From IMG/VR virus record IMGVR_UViG_3300023174_000074, positions 32,001 through 96,000 of that record: a stretch of DNA of 64,000 bases; one strand, given 5' to 3'. How positions within the stretch are numbered: the stretch's first letter is position 1; every line of letters begins with the position of its first letter. Position numbers and translations under genes: made by a program. The notes under the pieces were generated by a model that saw only the letters and a program-made list of their open reading frames with translations, was not told where the DNA came from and did no database searches. The DNA is from a virus. Of this stretch, positions 27,758-37,743 are shown in pieces.

Positions 27758-28399
27758 ATGAATAAATTAGATAAAGATTATTGTAACCTACTTCAAGATA
27801 TCTTGGATAATGGTGTACAAAAAGAAACTAGAAATGGTGGTACTTTGAGTGTATTTGGAAGACAAATACGTCACAAAATGAGCGATGGGTTTCCGTTGCT
27901 AACTTCAAAACACATAAAGTTCGATTTGATCGTTTCCGAGCTCATTTGGTTCCTTCAAGGTCGAACTGATTTAAGATGGTTACTGGAGCAAGGAAATACT
28001 ATCTGGGTGGGGGACGCTCACAAGCGATTTATATTAGCAACGTCTGAAGATGAATATCAAGAGCCGACAGAAGATGCAAGAAAAAGATTTATTGATAAAA
28101 TCAAAAATGATAAAGAATTTAGTGATAGATTCGGGGATCTTGGTCCAATTTACGGATTTCAGTGGAGAAATTGGGGTAAAGATTTTAAACAAGTATTAAA
28201 TGAAACGGGAGATAAGGTTTATGATATAACAACAACTGGTATAGACCAAATCGCAAACCTAATCCACGACCTTAAAACAAATCCAGACTCAAGACGATTA
28301 ATGGTTAATGCTTGGAACGTTGCAGATTTGCCGGTTACTGATTATAAAACAGACGACGAACTCTATCAAGATTACTTAAAAGATATAGGAAAATCATAA
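27758..28399 (+). CDS. thyA: thymidylate synthase, N-terminal half
   Basis: GTLSVFGRQIR, FPLLT, ELIWF, LGPIYGFQWR, PDSRRLMVNAWN. Confidence 0.9.
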   Translation: MNKLDKDYCNLLQDILDNGVQKETRNGGTLSVFGRQIRHKMSDGFPLLTSKHIKFDLIVSELIWFLQGRTDLRWLLEQGNTIWVGDAHKRFILATSEDEYQEPTEDARKRFIDKIKNDKEFSDRFGDLGPIYGFQWRNWGKDFKQVLNETGDKVYDITTTGIDQIANLIHDLKTNPDSRRLMVNAWNVADLPVTDYKTDDELYQDYLKDIGKS

Positions 28400-28403
28400 A
28401 AAC

Positions 28404-28443
28404 TATTACCCTCCTTAGATATATAAATAAAAAGGAGGTAATA
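28404..28443 (+). promoter_or_regulatory. RBS-sequestering hairpin with late promoter GATATATAAATA in loop
   Basis: TATTACCCTCCTT / AAGGAGGTAATA. Confidence 0.75.
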
Positions 28444-28448
28444 CCATT

Positions 28449-29339
28449 ATGATTATATATAAGACAACAAATTTAGTGAACGGTAAGATTTACATAGGAC
28501 AGGACAAATATAACAATCCAAGATATCTTGGATCTGGAAAAATTTTACATCTTGCTTTTAAAAAATATAGCGTTGAAAACTTTATCAAAGAAATAATTGA
28601 AGAGTGTGAATCAAAAGAACACTTGGATGAAAGAGAAAGGTATTGGATAAACTTTTACAAGTCAACTGATAGAAATATTGGATATAATATAGCGTTAGGT
28701 GGAAATGGCGGGGACACTATTTCAAATCATCCGGATAAAGATTTAATTAGACAAAAACATTCAGAATGGATGCAAGAAAACAATCCAACCAGAGGTAGAA
28801 AGAGGAGTGAAGATGAAATGGAAAGATGGAAAGATTCTTTTGTTGGAAAATATAAAGGTGAAAACAGTCTAAACTTTGGAAAAAAACATAATGGTGATTC
28901 AAAGATTAAAATGTCAGAAGCTAGAAAAAAATGGCATGAAACCTTAACAGAAGAAGAAAGAAATAGCATTAGCGATAAAATAAGCAAATTAAATAAAGGT
29001 AAAGAAGGTTATTGGAAAGGAAAAGATAATACTAATCATTCCGACTGGATGAAACAAAATAACCCGATGAAAGGTAGAACCCACACTGATGAAATTAAGC
29101 AAAGAATATCTGATGCTAATAAAAAACCTAAGTCTGATGAAACGAAAAGAAAACTTAGTGAAGCTAACAAAGGTAAAAAACCAGGAAACATAGTTAAGGT
29201 TGAAATAGGGGGAATTGTTTATGAAAGTCTAACAGAAGCTTCTATTAAAACTGAGATAAATTTATCAACATTAAGAAATCGAATTAAATCAAAAAATGTT
29301 AAATACTTAAATTACAAAATATATGAATCAGCTAAGTAA
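28449..29339 (+). CDS. GIY-YIG homing endonuclease with NUMOD3 repeats, inserted in thyA
   Basis: IIYKTTN...YIGQ...YLGSG, GYNIA; repeated GKKH/GRTH motifs. Confidence 0.9.
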   Translation: MIIYKTTNLVNGKIYIGQDKYNNPRYLGSGKILHLAFKKYSVENFIKEIIEECESKEHLDERERYWINFYKSTDRNIGYNIALGGNGGDTISNHPDKDLIRQKHSEWMQENNPTRGRKRSEDEMERWKDSFVGKYKGENSLNFGKKHNGDSKIKMSEARKKWHETLTEEERNSISDKISKLNKGKEGYWKGKDNTNHSDWMKQNNPMKGRTHTDEIKQRISDANKKPKSDETKRKLSEANKGKKPGNIVKVEIGGIVYESLTEASIKTEINLSTLRNRIKSKNVKYLNYKIYESAK

Positions 29340-30042
29340 AGAAGAGTTTTTAGAAAAACTAAAAACTGACAAAGATTTTAATTTCAGATATGGAAGAAAA
29401 CATATTACAGAAGGAAAAATGGTACTTCCTCCTTGTCACTATGGATTTCAAGTTTATACAAGAGAAATGTCAGTTCAAGAAAGACAGAAGTATGATAATC
29501 ATTTTGATAGTTTAATTGGTGAATACCCAGACCATCATATTACATTAGATAAAAGAGGAGTACCTCGTAGAGCAATCTCGTTAATGTGGAATCAACGAAG
29601 TTGTGATGTGGGTCTCGGCATCCCCTTTAATATAGCATCTTACGGGTTGTTATTAGAGATAATCGCTAAAGCAGTTAATATGGTTCCTGATGAATTGATT
29701 GGAAATTTAGGTGACACACACTTATACTTAAACCATATTGAACAAGCAAAGGAGCAGATTGGTAGAGAGTTGAGTTTGGAAGAAAGGTTATCTTTAGTTA
29801 AAAATAATGTAATGAGTTTTGATGAATTATCCAAAGCAAATTATGATGAATTTTTTAAAAAGAATAATATACCGAACAGAACTAGAGAACCATACCCATT
29901 ACCAACATTAAAAATTGTGGGTTACCCTGAAGAATATAAGCATCCAAATGACGAACGACTATTTGAAGAGTTTGACATATCTGACTTTCAACTTGAAAAT
30001 TACCAATCACACTCAACTATTAAAATGCCTTTATCAAACTAA
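29323..30042 (+). CDS. thyA: thymidylate synthase, C-terminal half
   Basis: LPPCHYGFQ, QRSCDVGLGIPFNIASY, DTHLYLNH. Confidence 0.9.
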   Translation: MNQLSKEEFLEKLKTDKDFNFRYGRKHITEGKMVLPPCHYGFQVYTREMSVQERQKYDNHFDSLIGEYPDHHITLDKRGVPRRAISLMWNQRSCDVGLGIPFNIASYGLLLEIIAKAVNMVPDELIGNLGDTHLYLNHIEQAKEQIGRELSLEERLSLVKNNVMSFDELSKANYDEFFKKNNIPNRTREPYPLPTLKIVGYPEEYKHPNDERLFEEFDISDFQLENYQSHSTIKMPLSN

Positions 30043-30055
30043 AAAAATATAAATT

Positions 30056-30292
30056 ATGGAAAACTACAAATCGGATTACTACAATCCAGAAACACTTAAA
30101 AAATCAGAAGTTGAAACTAAAATACCTGTTAGTTTAGTTAATAAGGTTAAGCAAACACTAGATAAATTGGAAGGCTACATGATAACACCAACGATGGTTA
30201 ATCCCAAATATGATTCAGTAACATTCGGGATCATGGATATGACTAATAGAACATTAAAATATAGAGTTTCAATCACACCAAATTACCTTTAA
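30056..30292 (+). CDS. hypothetical protein
   Basis: ORF. Confidence 0.55.
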   Translation: MENYKSDYYNPETLKKSEVETKIPVSLVNKVKQTLDKLEGYMITPTMVNPKYDSVTFGIMDMTNRTLKYRVSITPNYL

Positions 30293-30315
30293 GTAATTAA
30301 TACATATATATAACC

Positions 30316-30780
30316 ATGAAAAAACTAATTATTACAGCACTGCTGTGTTTACTTAGTCTAACCGACTATAGCCAAACATCCAAATTAGACTCATTTATCA
30401 ATACATGGGTGGGTGCTCCATATCGCTATGGTGGAACTACACTTAAAGGTATTGATTGTTCGGGTTTTGTACAGAAAATGTATGAGGAGGTATTTAATAT
30501 ACTTATTCCCCGAACAGCTAAAACACAATACAAAGTAGCTACCAAAGTATCTAAAGATGAGATATCTATTGGTGACTTGTTGTTCTTTATAAGTCCCAAC
30601 AGTCCATCAGGATGGCATGTGGCTATTTATTTAGGTAATAATTTATATGCACACGCTGCTAATAAACGAAAAGGAGTAGTGATGAGTGAATTAACAACGA
30701 ATGTGAGGAAACGAATATACTCTGTTGGTAGATTTGAGAGTCCAAAAGTCGATTTGTATTTTTATTTAAAAGAAATTTAA
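30316..30780 (+). CDS. NlpC/P60 cell-wall peptidase, secreted
   Basis: GAPYRYGG, DCSGF, HVAIY, HA. Confidence 0.9.
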   Translation: MKKLIITALLCLLSLTDYSQTSKLDSFINTWVGAPYRYGGTTLKGIDCSGFVQKMYEEVFNILIPRTAKTQYKVATKVSKDEISIGDLLFFISPNSPSGWHVAIYLGNNLYAHAANKRKGVVMSELTTNVRKRIYSVGRFESPKVDLYFYLKEI

Positions 30781-30784
30781 AGTT

Positions 30785-31219
30785 ATGAGATACGCAATTA
30801 CATCAATGTATGCTAACCCAATTCATCCTGGACACATCGAGTGTCTTAAATTATCTAAAGAAATAGCGGATGAGGTATGGGTTATAGTGAACAACGATAA
30901 ACAAGCTGAATTAAAACGTGGTGTCCCATCATTCCAAGATGAACAATATAGGAAGGAAATAGTGGGAGCAATACGGTATGTGGATTATTCCTTTGTATCA
31001 ACTGATGAGGATGAGTCAGTATGTAAATCAATACGGGCACTACATAGTGCTATTTTAAATATTGACCATGATGCTGAGATTGTCTTTACAAAAGGTGGAG
31101 ACAGGTTCGCTGATGAAATACCTGAGAAAAAAGTATGTGACGAACTGAGTATCCAAATCATTGATAAGTTAGGAGAAAAAACACACCACTCGAGTCAAAT
31201 TATAAAAGTATTCAATTAA
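30785..31219 (+). CDS. cytidylyltransferase family protein (TagD/RfaE-like)
   Basis: NPIHPGH (HxGH), VNND, KGGDR. Confidence 0.85.
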   Translation: MRYAITSMYANPIHPGHIECLKLSKEIADEVWVIVNNDKQAELKRGVPSFQDEQYRKEIVGAIRYVDYSFVSTDEDESVCKSIRALHSAILNIDHDAEIVFTKGGDRFADEIPEKKVCDELSIQIIDKLGEKTHHSSQIIKVFN

Positions 31220-31261
31220 CGAAAAAAACCCAACAGTAAATAAAATTGTGGCATTAAAACT

Positions 31262-31495
31262 ATGAAAATAATAAATACAAAATTTAAAATAGGAGACAAA
31301 GCATATAAGCCGAAAGGATATAAATTTCCTTGTACCATCGTCTCTGTATTTAAAACTTCTGGTGGCGATATTAGGGTTGTTGCAGAAATGGAAGGATATG
31401 GGTTGTTACATATATTCAACGAAAATCAACTAGAAATTAAAGACAGCTATGAACAAATTGAAGAAGATCTCAGAATCCCAGGAGCCGGTTGTTAA
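31262..31495 (+). CDS. SH3-fold protein resembling type II (R67/DfrB) dihydrofolate reductase
   Basis: FKIGDKAYKPKG...IV...E..G.LHIF..QLE parallels DfrB. Confidence 0.4.
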   Translation: MKIINTKFKIGDKAYKPKGYKFPCTIVSVFKTSGGDIRVVAEMEGYGLLHIFNENQLEIKDSYEQIEEDLRIPGAGC

Positions 31496-31524
31496 CAAAA
31501 ATATCTAAACACAAAAAGTTATAA

Positions 31525-31887
31525 ATGATAGAAGAAAGGCCATGGGGATTTTACGAGATCCTACTTGAAACCGAATACACCAAGGTAAAACAGATAACGG
31601 TAAACCCCGGGCAGAAACTGTCGTATCAATACCACTCAAAAAGAAAAGAGTTCTGGACGATAGTTAAGGGAACAGCAACGATAATTTTGGACGATGAAAA
31701 TATTCTTGTTTTTCAAGGAGAATCTATCGATATCCCTTTGCGGGCTAAGCACAGAATCATAAACGAAACAGCCCAACCAATAATTTTTATAGAGGTTCAA
31801 ACAGGAAGTTATTTTGGAGAGGATGATATAATCAGAATCGATGATGAATACGGAAGAGAAATAAATATATCAAATTTATCTAGATAA
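31525..31887 (+). CDS. mannose-6-phosphate isomerase type II C-terminal cupin
   Basis: ERPWG, LSYQYH, EVQTGSYFGEDDIIR. Confidence 0.9.
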   Translation: MIEERPWGFYEILLETEYTKVKQITVNPGQKLSYQYHSKRKEFWTIVKGTATIILDDENILVFQGESIDIPLRAKHRIINETAQPIIFIEVQTGSYFGEDDIIRIDDEYGREINISNLSR

Positions 31888-31888
31888 C

Positions 31889-32374
31889 ATGGAAAATAAT
31901 GTAAATCAAAATAAAACGGAAATGGATATTTTAACCTTTCACCCAATTAAAAAGTCGGATCTTGGATTTCATGGAAATCTTTTTGGTGGGCAACTATTAA
32001 AATGGATTGATGCAGCTGCGGCTGGATATTCTATGCAATTATGTGATACCCCAAGAATGGTCACTATACTTATCGATAAGTGCTATTTCGAAAAACCTGC
32101 TAAGGAGGGACAATTGGTTAAGATCTATGGAATACCTACTGATATAGGCCACACATCAATAACATTATACATTGAGGCAAGAGCACATAATGTTTACACA
32201 GGTAAGCAGGTAGTAGTACTTAAGACTCATATAAAATTTGTTCATATAGACGAGGAGGGAAATCCAATACCTATTGGGGAGAAGGGTAGAAACTCCGTCG
32301 GTAGAATGATAGAGGCAAACAAAGAATTTATAGAAAACATAAAACAAAATAAACCATCAAGAACCACAAAATAG
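31889..32374 (+). CDS. acyl-CoA thioesterase (HotDog)
   Basis: HGNLFGGQLLKWID, FVHIDEEG. Confidence 0.85.
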   Translation: MENNVNQNKTEMDILTFHPIKKSDLGFHGNLFGGQLLKWIDAAAAGYSMQLCDTPRMVTILIDKCYFEKPAKEGQLVKIYGIPTDIGHTSITLYIEARAHNVYTGKQVVVLKTHIKFVHIDEEGNPIPIGEKGRNSVGRMIEANKEFIENIKQNKPSRTTK

Positions 32375-32381
32375 TAATAGC

Positions 32382-32744
32382 ATGAACAAAGAACAAAAAG
32401 CACAATCAATAATAGGTCCGCTGGGAGCTATTATCTCTCATTCAAAAAGTGGGTACAGAGAAAGACATCCTGAAAATTTATCAATCTTTAATGCAAACAT
32501 TTGCACTAAGAATGAAAAGATCTGGTGGGGAGATTTGGACGTAACGCTAAAGCAAACTTTCATAGCTGATTTAGCATTTATTTTAAGTGAGGATCTTTAT
32601 GTTCTCTATGAGATGGACGGAAGATTTGAAAATGAGGATAAACCTAAAGTAGATAGATATGCAGTTAAATTCTTTTATGATGGCGGTATTGAGCTATCTA
32701 AATCTTTAACCGAGTACTATGACAATAGCCTAATGAAAAAGTAA
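32382..32744 (+). CDS. hypothetical protein
   Basis: ORF. Confidence 0.6.
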   Translation: MNKEQKAQSIIGPLGAIISHSKSGYRERHPENLSIFNANICTKNEKIWWGDLDVTLKQTFIADLAFILSEDLYVLYEMDGRFENEDKPKVDRYAVKFFYDGGIELSKSLTEYYDNSLMKK

Positions 32745-33445
32745 TGAAAGCAGAAAAAGTAAAAGCCCTATTTATATCAGATGTCCATTTGGGCAGCAAG
32801 GGATCGAATTCAGGAAAACTTTTAGAAACACTAAAAATGTACGATCCGGAGGAACTCTTTATAGTTGGGGATTTTATTGATGGATGGCTTCTTAAGAAAA
32901 GACATTATTGGACACAGCAGAACACCAACCTTATTAGAAAAATATTATCATACAGCAAAAACGGAACTAATGTAACTTACATAACAGGAAATCATGACGA
33001 ATTTCTAAGACATTATGTTCCGCTATTTCTTGGTGATAATATAAAAGTAGTTAACGAGGCTAAATTTAAAGGGTACTATATAACACACGGAGATCTTTAT
33101 GATGGAGTTGTTAAGTTAAAGTGGCTAGGAATGATGGGATCTGTTGGCTACGAGATGGCAATATCTCTAGATAGATTTCTTAAAAGACTAGGTTATAAAA
33201 GGTCACTGAGTAAATATTTAAAGAATAAAGTTAAAGGAGCAATTAAATTTATAACATCTTTCGAAAAGCAATTAGTTTTTCAGGCTAAGAAAAGAGAATG
33301 CACCGGAGTTATCTGTGGACATATACACACAGTGGCTGATACCCACATTGACGGGATCCACTATCTTAATTGTGGAGACTGGATAGAAAATAATAGCTAT
33401 ATAGTTTATGATAAAGGATTATTTGAGCATCGTTATTCCTTGTAA
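32744..33445 (+). CDS. UDP-2,3-diacylglucosamine hydrolase-like metallophosphoesterase
   Basis: SDVHLG, GDFIDGW, GNHDE, CGHIH, NCGDW. Confidence 0.85.
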   Translation: MKAEKVKALFISDVHLGSKGSNSGKLLETLKMYDPEELFIVGDFIDGWLLKKRHYWTQQNTNLIRKILSYSKNGTNVTYITGNHDEFLRHYVPLFLGDNIKVVNEAKFKGYYITHGDLYDGVVKLKWLGMMGSVGYEMAISLDRFLKRLGYKRSLSKYLKNKVKGAIKFITSFEKQLVFQAKKRECTGVICGHIHTVADTHIDGIHYLNCGDWIENNSYIVYDKGLFEHRYSL

Positions 33446-34133
33446 AAACGAGGAAAATTACATTAAAAGAACCCTTGATGAGATATCTATTCAATCAGGG
33501 ACAAAAGGAATGAGAGTTATTATTGCCGATGGTGGATCCACTGATTCTACGATTCAAAAAATAGAAGAATTCATAAAATCCGAAGACAACAACCTGAAAA
33601 TAGAGGTTATAGAAGGAGGAGCAGTTTCAGTGGGGAGAAATAGAGGGGCTGGCCTAGTTAAAACCCCATTTATATTATTCTTGGATGCTGATATAACATT
33701 TACCGATTTGGCAGCAATAGACATTTCTTCTAATGAACTTAAAGAAAATCCGCATCTTGAACTTATCGGGACAACCCCAGAATATATGGGTGAAGCTGAT
33801 CTGGCAGCAAGTCTAATATTTTCATTCAATAGATTAACCACTAGAATAATGTCAATGATAGATCCATTTGCAATCGGTGCATTTATGCTAATATCAAGGG
33901 AAAAATTTGTAGAGCTGGGAGGATTTGATGAGATGGTACATCAGTCTGAGGATTGGTTGCTAAGCAGACAAATAAAAACCAATAACTTTAAACTCATACC
34001 AAATCTGATAACCCAGGATAACCGAAGATTTAAGAAATTCGGATATATCAAGATGCTTAGGATGGTCATGAAAAATTGGTTTAATAGAGGCGACAAGAAA
34101 CACTTCTACAAGGATCAGAAATACTGGGAATAA
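33408..34133 (+). CDS. glycosyltransferase family 2
   Basis: SIVIPCKNEE, DGGSTD, FLDAD, ED. Confidence 0.88.
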   Translation: MIKDYLSIVIPCKNEENYIKRTLDEISIQSGTKGMRVIIADGGSTDSTIQKIEEFIKSEDNNLKIEVIEGGAVSVGRNRGAGLVKTPFILFLDADITFTDLAAIDISSNELKENPHLELIGTTPEYMGEADLAASLIFSFNRLTTRIMSMIDPFAIGAFMLISREKFVELGGFDEMVHQSEDWLLSRQIKTNNFKLIPNLITQDNRRFKKFGYIKMLRMVMKNWFNRGDKKHFYKDQKYWE

Positions 34134-34149
34134 AATAAAAATAAAATAT

Positions 34150-34701
34150 ATGAAAATAGAAGTTTCAATCGGAGAGATAGTAGATAAGCTATCCATATTA
34201 AGTATCAAAAAAAATAATATAACTGATTCTGGTAAATTAGAAAACGTAACTAAAGAGTATGATTACCTTTATGAAATCGTATTTGACGAATTAAGGGTTT
34301 CTGAAGATGATTTTTTAAATCTTGTTTCGATTAACGAGAAGCTATGGGTTATCGAGGATGATCTTAGAGATAAGGAAAGAGTGAATGAATTTGATCAGGA
34401 TTTCATAGAGCTTGCTAGATCCGTTTATTACACAAACGATAAAAGAGCAGAGATCAAAAAAGGGATCAACATAAAATACGGTTCGCTTTTTGTGGAGGAA
34501 AAATCCTACAAAAACTATGAGGACACCTGGAGTCAGGAGGATAGAATAAAATGGTTTGTTACAAACTACTACGAGACCGGTATGGAGATTGAGTCAATGG
34601 TGATTGCCATGAAAGATACTGATCTGGATAATTTCCTTTGGTATGGCGAAAAAATAGACATCCCTAAGAGCTCATTAGAAGCCGCTAGAAGGACACAATA
34701 G
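34150..34701 (+). CDS. DUF6165-like protein
   Basis: SIGEIVDKLSIL, LWVIEDDLR, LARSVYYTNDKR, EEKSY. Confidence 0.7.
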   Translation: MKIEVSIGEIVDKLSILSIKKNNITDSGKLENVTKEYDYLYEIVFDELRVSEDDFLNLVSINEKLWVIEDDLRDKERVNEFDQDFIELARSVYYTNDKRAEIKKGINIKYGSLFVEEKSYKNYEDTWSQEDRIKWFVTNYYETGMEIESMVIAMKDTDLDNFLWYGEKIDIPKSSLEAARRTQ

Positions 34702-34762
34702 AAAATCTTATGGTAGTTATGGATATAGAAAGATGTCCGCTTATATGTCAAATAATCGGCCT

Positions 34763-34978
34763 TTAATAGGTATTTCTATCGGAGAATAAAGGATCAGGAG
34801 CTATATGTTCCTGATTTTTTTTGTTTGCAAGATAAGCCATTGCAGTTTGACCTAATTGATCCTCAAAGCTTGGCATCTTATATGGCTCCTGAATGATATT
34901 AACCCCATTGACTATATTGGGATTCATTGCTTCCAGTCTTTTCGCTATGTGATCTAAATATTCTTTACTTGGTATCAT
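34763..34978 (-). CDS. hypothetical protein
   Basis: ORF divergent from late-promoter motif. Confidence 0.55.
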   Translation of the reverse strand: MIPSKEYLDHIAKRLEAMNPNIVNGVNIIQEPYKMPSFEDQLGQTAMAYLANKKNQEHIAPDPLFSDRNTY

Positions 34979-35025
34979 ATCTTATATATATTGTGATATA
35001 TAGACTAAATTTAAAAAAATTATAA

Positions 35026-36111
35026 ATGAAAAACCTAAAACTTTTCAATGACTTTAGCCTTAACGAGAGCGAAAACGAAATTAAATCCGGTTTAATACAA
35101 AAAATAAATTTATCTAAATCTGGAGAAAATTACGATAAAATCAAAGAATATCAGGCTAAGTTGAATCTAGCTTTACCTGAAGACGCTCCAAAGATAGAGG
35201 TAGATGGATTTTATGGGGTGAATACAGAAAAGGCAATTAGAAAAGTTGCTGAAACTAGCAAAGAGCTAAAGGGTACAGATGGTAAAGCTCTTACTCCAAA
35301 GATTATGAAATATCTTGATAAAAAAACTGGGGGAAAGAAAATTAATAATAATACCACAGAAAAATCTAAGGATTATTTACTTTTTAACGGTAACAAGCTT
35401 GAATTTATAGAAAACGGTAAAGTGACTAAATCTTGGACTGCTGTATCAGGAAGAACGTATTACCACTGGTATATGAAGCCAGCCATTTGGAATAAAAGGT
35501 ATACCATGTCTCACGCAGAATGGGCTAAGGCTAAGAAGGAAGGACCTACGCCTCCTGGATTATACACTTTAGGGGTAACCCAGCACAGACCTTCAGATTC
35601 AAAATGGAAAACCGATGCAAACTACGTTAAAAGTGCGGTTGCCAAATCTACGGTTTCAGATTTACCCGGGAGTCCAGTAAAGGATACTGAGGGACACGAG
35701 TTTATTCAGAATACTAAGATGTCTAAAATTGCATGGGGAGATTATAGATGGGCTTTAAAGCCTAAGGCAGGTACAGACACATTAGGTAGAAATAGTTTTT
35801 ATCTACATGGGGGAAGCACACCAGGATCAATCGGATGTATAGATCTAGTAACAAACAGCGGTGATTTTGCTAAATATTATGCTCAATGGAGAGAAAAAAC
35901 TGGGGAAAAAACAATAGAGGTTAAAATAGATTATTCTACATTTAAAAAAGACGCAACAATAGACGTTGCGTCCCAACCATATACAATGTCGCCTTCAGTA
36001 AGGACAAACCCAAATACGTGGTATACTGTAACGGATAAGGAGATTATAGATTCATTAGGAAAGGATGACATAGTAATCAAACCAGAAGTACTCAAGAAAA
36101 GAAGATCATAA
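35026..36111 (+). CDS. peptidoglycan-binding + Tlde1/DUF2778-like L,D-transpeptidase-fold protein
   Basis: VDGFYGVNTEKAI; GPTPPG, R..FYLHGG...SIGCI. Confidence 0.7.
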   Translation: MKNLKLFNDFSLNESENEIKSGLIQKINLSKSGENYDKIKEYQAKLNLALPEDAPKIEVDGFYGVNTEKAIRKVAETSKELKGTDGKALTPKIMKYLDKKTGGKKINNNTTEKSKDYLLFNGNKLEFIENGKVTKSWTAVSGRTYYHWYMKPAIWNKRYTMSHAEWAKAKKEGPTPPGLYTLGVTQHRPSDSKWKTDANYVKSAVAKSTVSDLPGSPVKDTEGHEFIQNTKMSKIAWGDYRWALKPKAGTDTLGRNSFYLHGGSTPGSIGCIDLVTNSGDFAKYYAQWREKTGEKTIEVKIDYSTFKKDATIDVASQPYTMSPSVRTNPNTWYTVTDKEIIDSLGKDDIVIKPEVLKKRRS

Positions 36112-36121
36112 TTAAATAATT

Positions 36122-36151
36122 AAAAGTCAGAAGCAACTTCTGACTTTTTTT
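36122..36151 (+). terminator. Rho-independent terminator
   Basis: AGTCAGAAG-caa-CTTCTGACT plus T run. Confidence 0.8.
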
Positions 36152-36156
36152 GTGGT

Positions 36157-36189
36157 ATTTTTTATTCCCGAGAATTTGATTTATATTTG
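36157..36189 (+). promoter_or_regulatory. putative early promoter Tn-CCG-N11-TATATTTG
   Basis: conserved motif. Confidence 0.7.
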
Positions 36190-36208
36190 TAAATAAATAA
36201 TCAGATCA

Positions 36209-36796
36209 ATGAAAAAGATATTTAACGTTCTAATAGTTCTGCTATTAGTTACCTCCTGCATAAATGCACAAACAAAGAAGGGGGTTAACATTAAGCCTAA
36301 AGTTGATAATATACAAAAGTACAAAGACAGCATTATAGCTTTGGCTAAACTTGGATACTCTAAGTATTATAAAGATCTGTCCACCAAAAGGGTTATTATA
36401 GTCGATTTTACTAGACCAATGGAAACTGAAAGGCTTTTCGTAGTAGATCTAGATTCGAATAAAATAATCAAATCTGCAAAGGTTTGCCACGGCAAAGGAT
36501 CTGGGATGCTTTCTATACCAACTCAATTCTCTAATCAAATTGATTCGAAAAAATCTTCTCTTGGATATATGAGAACATCAGAAACATATAATGGATCTTA
36601 TGGCTATTCAATGAGAGTCGATGGATTAGAAAAAAGAAATAGCAACGTCAGAAAAAGAGCAATCATATTCCACAATAGCGAGGTTCAGTCAACACCATGG
36701 AGCTGGGGATGTTTCTCTATGTCAGAAAAAGATTGTAAAGAGGTGATAGATCTAACTAAAAAGGGAAGTTTGATTTATGCCTTTTCTAATCTATAG
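36209..36796 (+). CDS. murein L,D-transpeptidase catalytic domain lipoprotein (YkuD_2-like)
   Basis: lipobox VTSC; HGKGSG, SSLG, RAIIFH, SWGCF. Confidence 0.82.
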   Translation: MKKIFNVLIVLLLVTSCINAQTKKGVNIKPKVDNIQKYKDSIIALAKLGYSKYYKDLSTKRVIIVDFTRPMETERLFVVDLDSNKIIKSAKVCHGKGSGMLSIPTQFSNQIDSKKSSLGYMRTSETYNGSYGYSMRVDGLEKRNSNVRKRAIIFHNSEVQSTPWSWGCFSMSEKDCKEVIDLTKKGSLIYAFSNL

Positions 36797-36829
36797 GAAA
36801 CAAAACAAAGAATAATTTCTATATACATC

Positions 36830-37207
36830 ATGGAATATAAAGAATTTTCTGAAATCATAGATCGTCTAAAAGAATATGATTCTTCAGTACAGAAAGCACA
36901 TAATGTTGGTGTAGATCTTTATGACTTTGGAGATGGATTACATCATGTAATAAGCATATTGATTAAAGAAGTATACGGGGAGGAAGGAGCTGATTGGTTT
37001 AGCTGGTTCTGCTACGAATCTGAATATGGTGAGAAAGATTGGAATAAGGGAAACCTAGACACATATGAAATCATTGACGGTAAGATGGTCAAGGTAAAGA
37101 AATCAAAGAAAAAGAAATATGGTGCAGCAGACAAAGATGGAAAGCCTATTTGTTATTCCGTTAAATCTACCTGGGAATATCTAGAGAAAAACTATAAATC
37201 TAAATAA
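36830..37207 (+). CDS. hypothetical protein
   Basis: ORF. Confidence 0.65.
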   Translation: MEYKEFSEIIDRLKEYDSSVQKAHNVGVDLYDFGDGLHHVISILIKEVYGEEGADWFSWFCYESEYGEKDWNKGNLDTYEIIDGKMVKVKKSKKKKYGAADKDGKPICYSVKSTWEYLEKNYKSK

Positions 37208-37208
37208 T

Positions 37209-37400
37209 ATGAGTGGAGACGTAGAAATGGACGCATGTGATTTCTGTAAAGAAATCAAACCAGTAGAAAGAACTTATCTGAGACCTAGCAAGTATGTTAA
37301 ATCCGATGACATGACAGTAAACCAACACCTGTATAATGAGGGTGGTTATTTTATTATCATCAAAACTTGTTTCTGTTGCGGAACACCTAAGACATCCTAA
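37209..37400 (+). CDS. small zinc-binding protein
   Basis: CDFC...CFCC. Confidence 0.55.
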   Translation: MSGDVEMDACDFCKEIKPVERTYLRPSKYVKSDDMTVNQHLYNEGGYFIIIKTCFCCGTPKTS

Positions 37401-37401
37401 T

Positions 37402-37743
37402 ATGAGCGGGGGAGCATTTGATTACAACCAGTACAAGATCGGCTACATGGCGGATCAGATAGAGCACGAGATAGAAAGAAGCGGACGGCCAAAAACTCAG
37501 GAAGAGCTTAAAGATAGTTGGAGAGATCCTAGCTGGTACGAGAAGTATCCAGAAGATCTAAATCACCATAAATACCCAGAAGAAGTCTTGGCAGAATTTA
37601 AGAATGCTGTTAAGAATCTTAGGGTGGCAGAGATCTATGCACAGAGAGTAGATTGGTTGCTTAGTGGAGACGACGGAGAAGATACTTTTATCGAAAGACT
37701 TAAATCAGATTTAGCAAAGATAGAAACCACTAACAATGAATAA
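37402..37743 (+). CDS. hypothetical phage protein
   Basis: MSGGAFDY...VDWLLSGDDGE. Confidence 0.7.
   Translation: MSGGAFDYNQYKIGYMADQIEHEIERSGRPKTQEELKDSWRDPSWYEKYPEDLNHHKYPEEVLAEFKNAVKNLRVAEIYAQRVDWLLSGDDGEDTFIERLKSDLAKIETTNNE

Noticed and set aside
28400-29339. Group I intron or intein in thyA
   Set aside because: Almost no non-coding flank for a ribozyme core, stop codons break the frame, and no intein terminal motifs are present.
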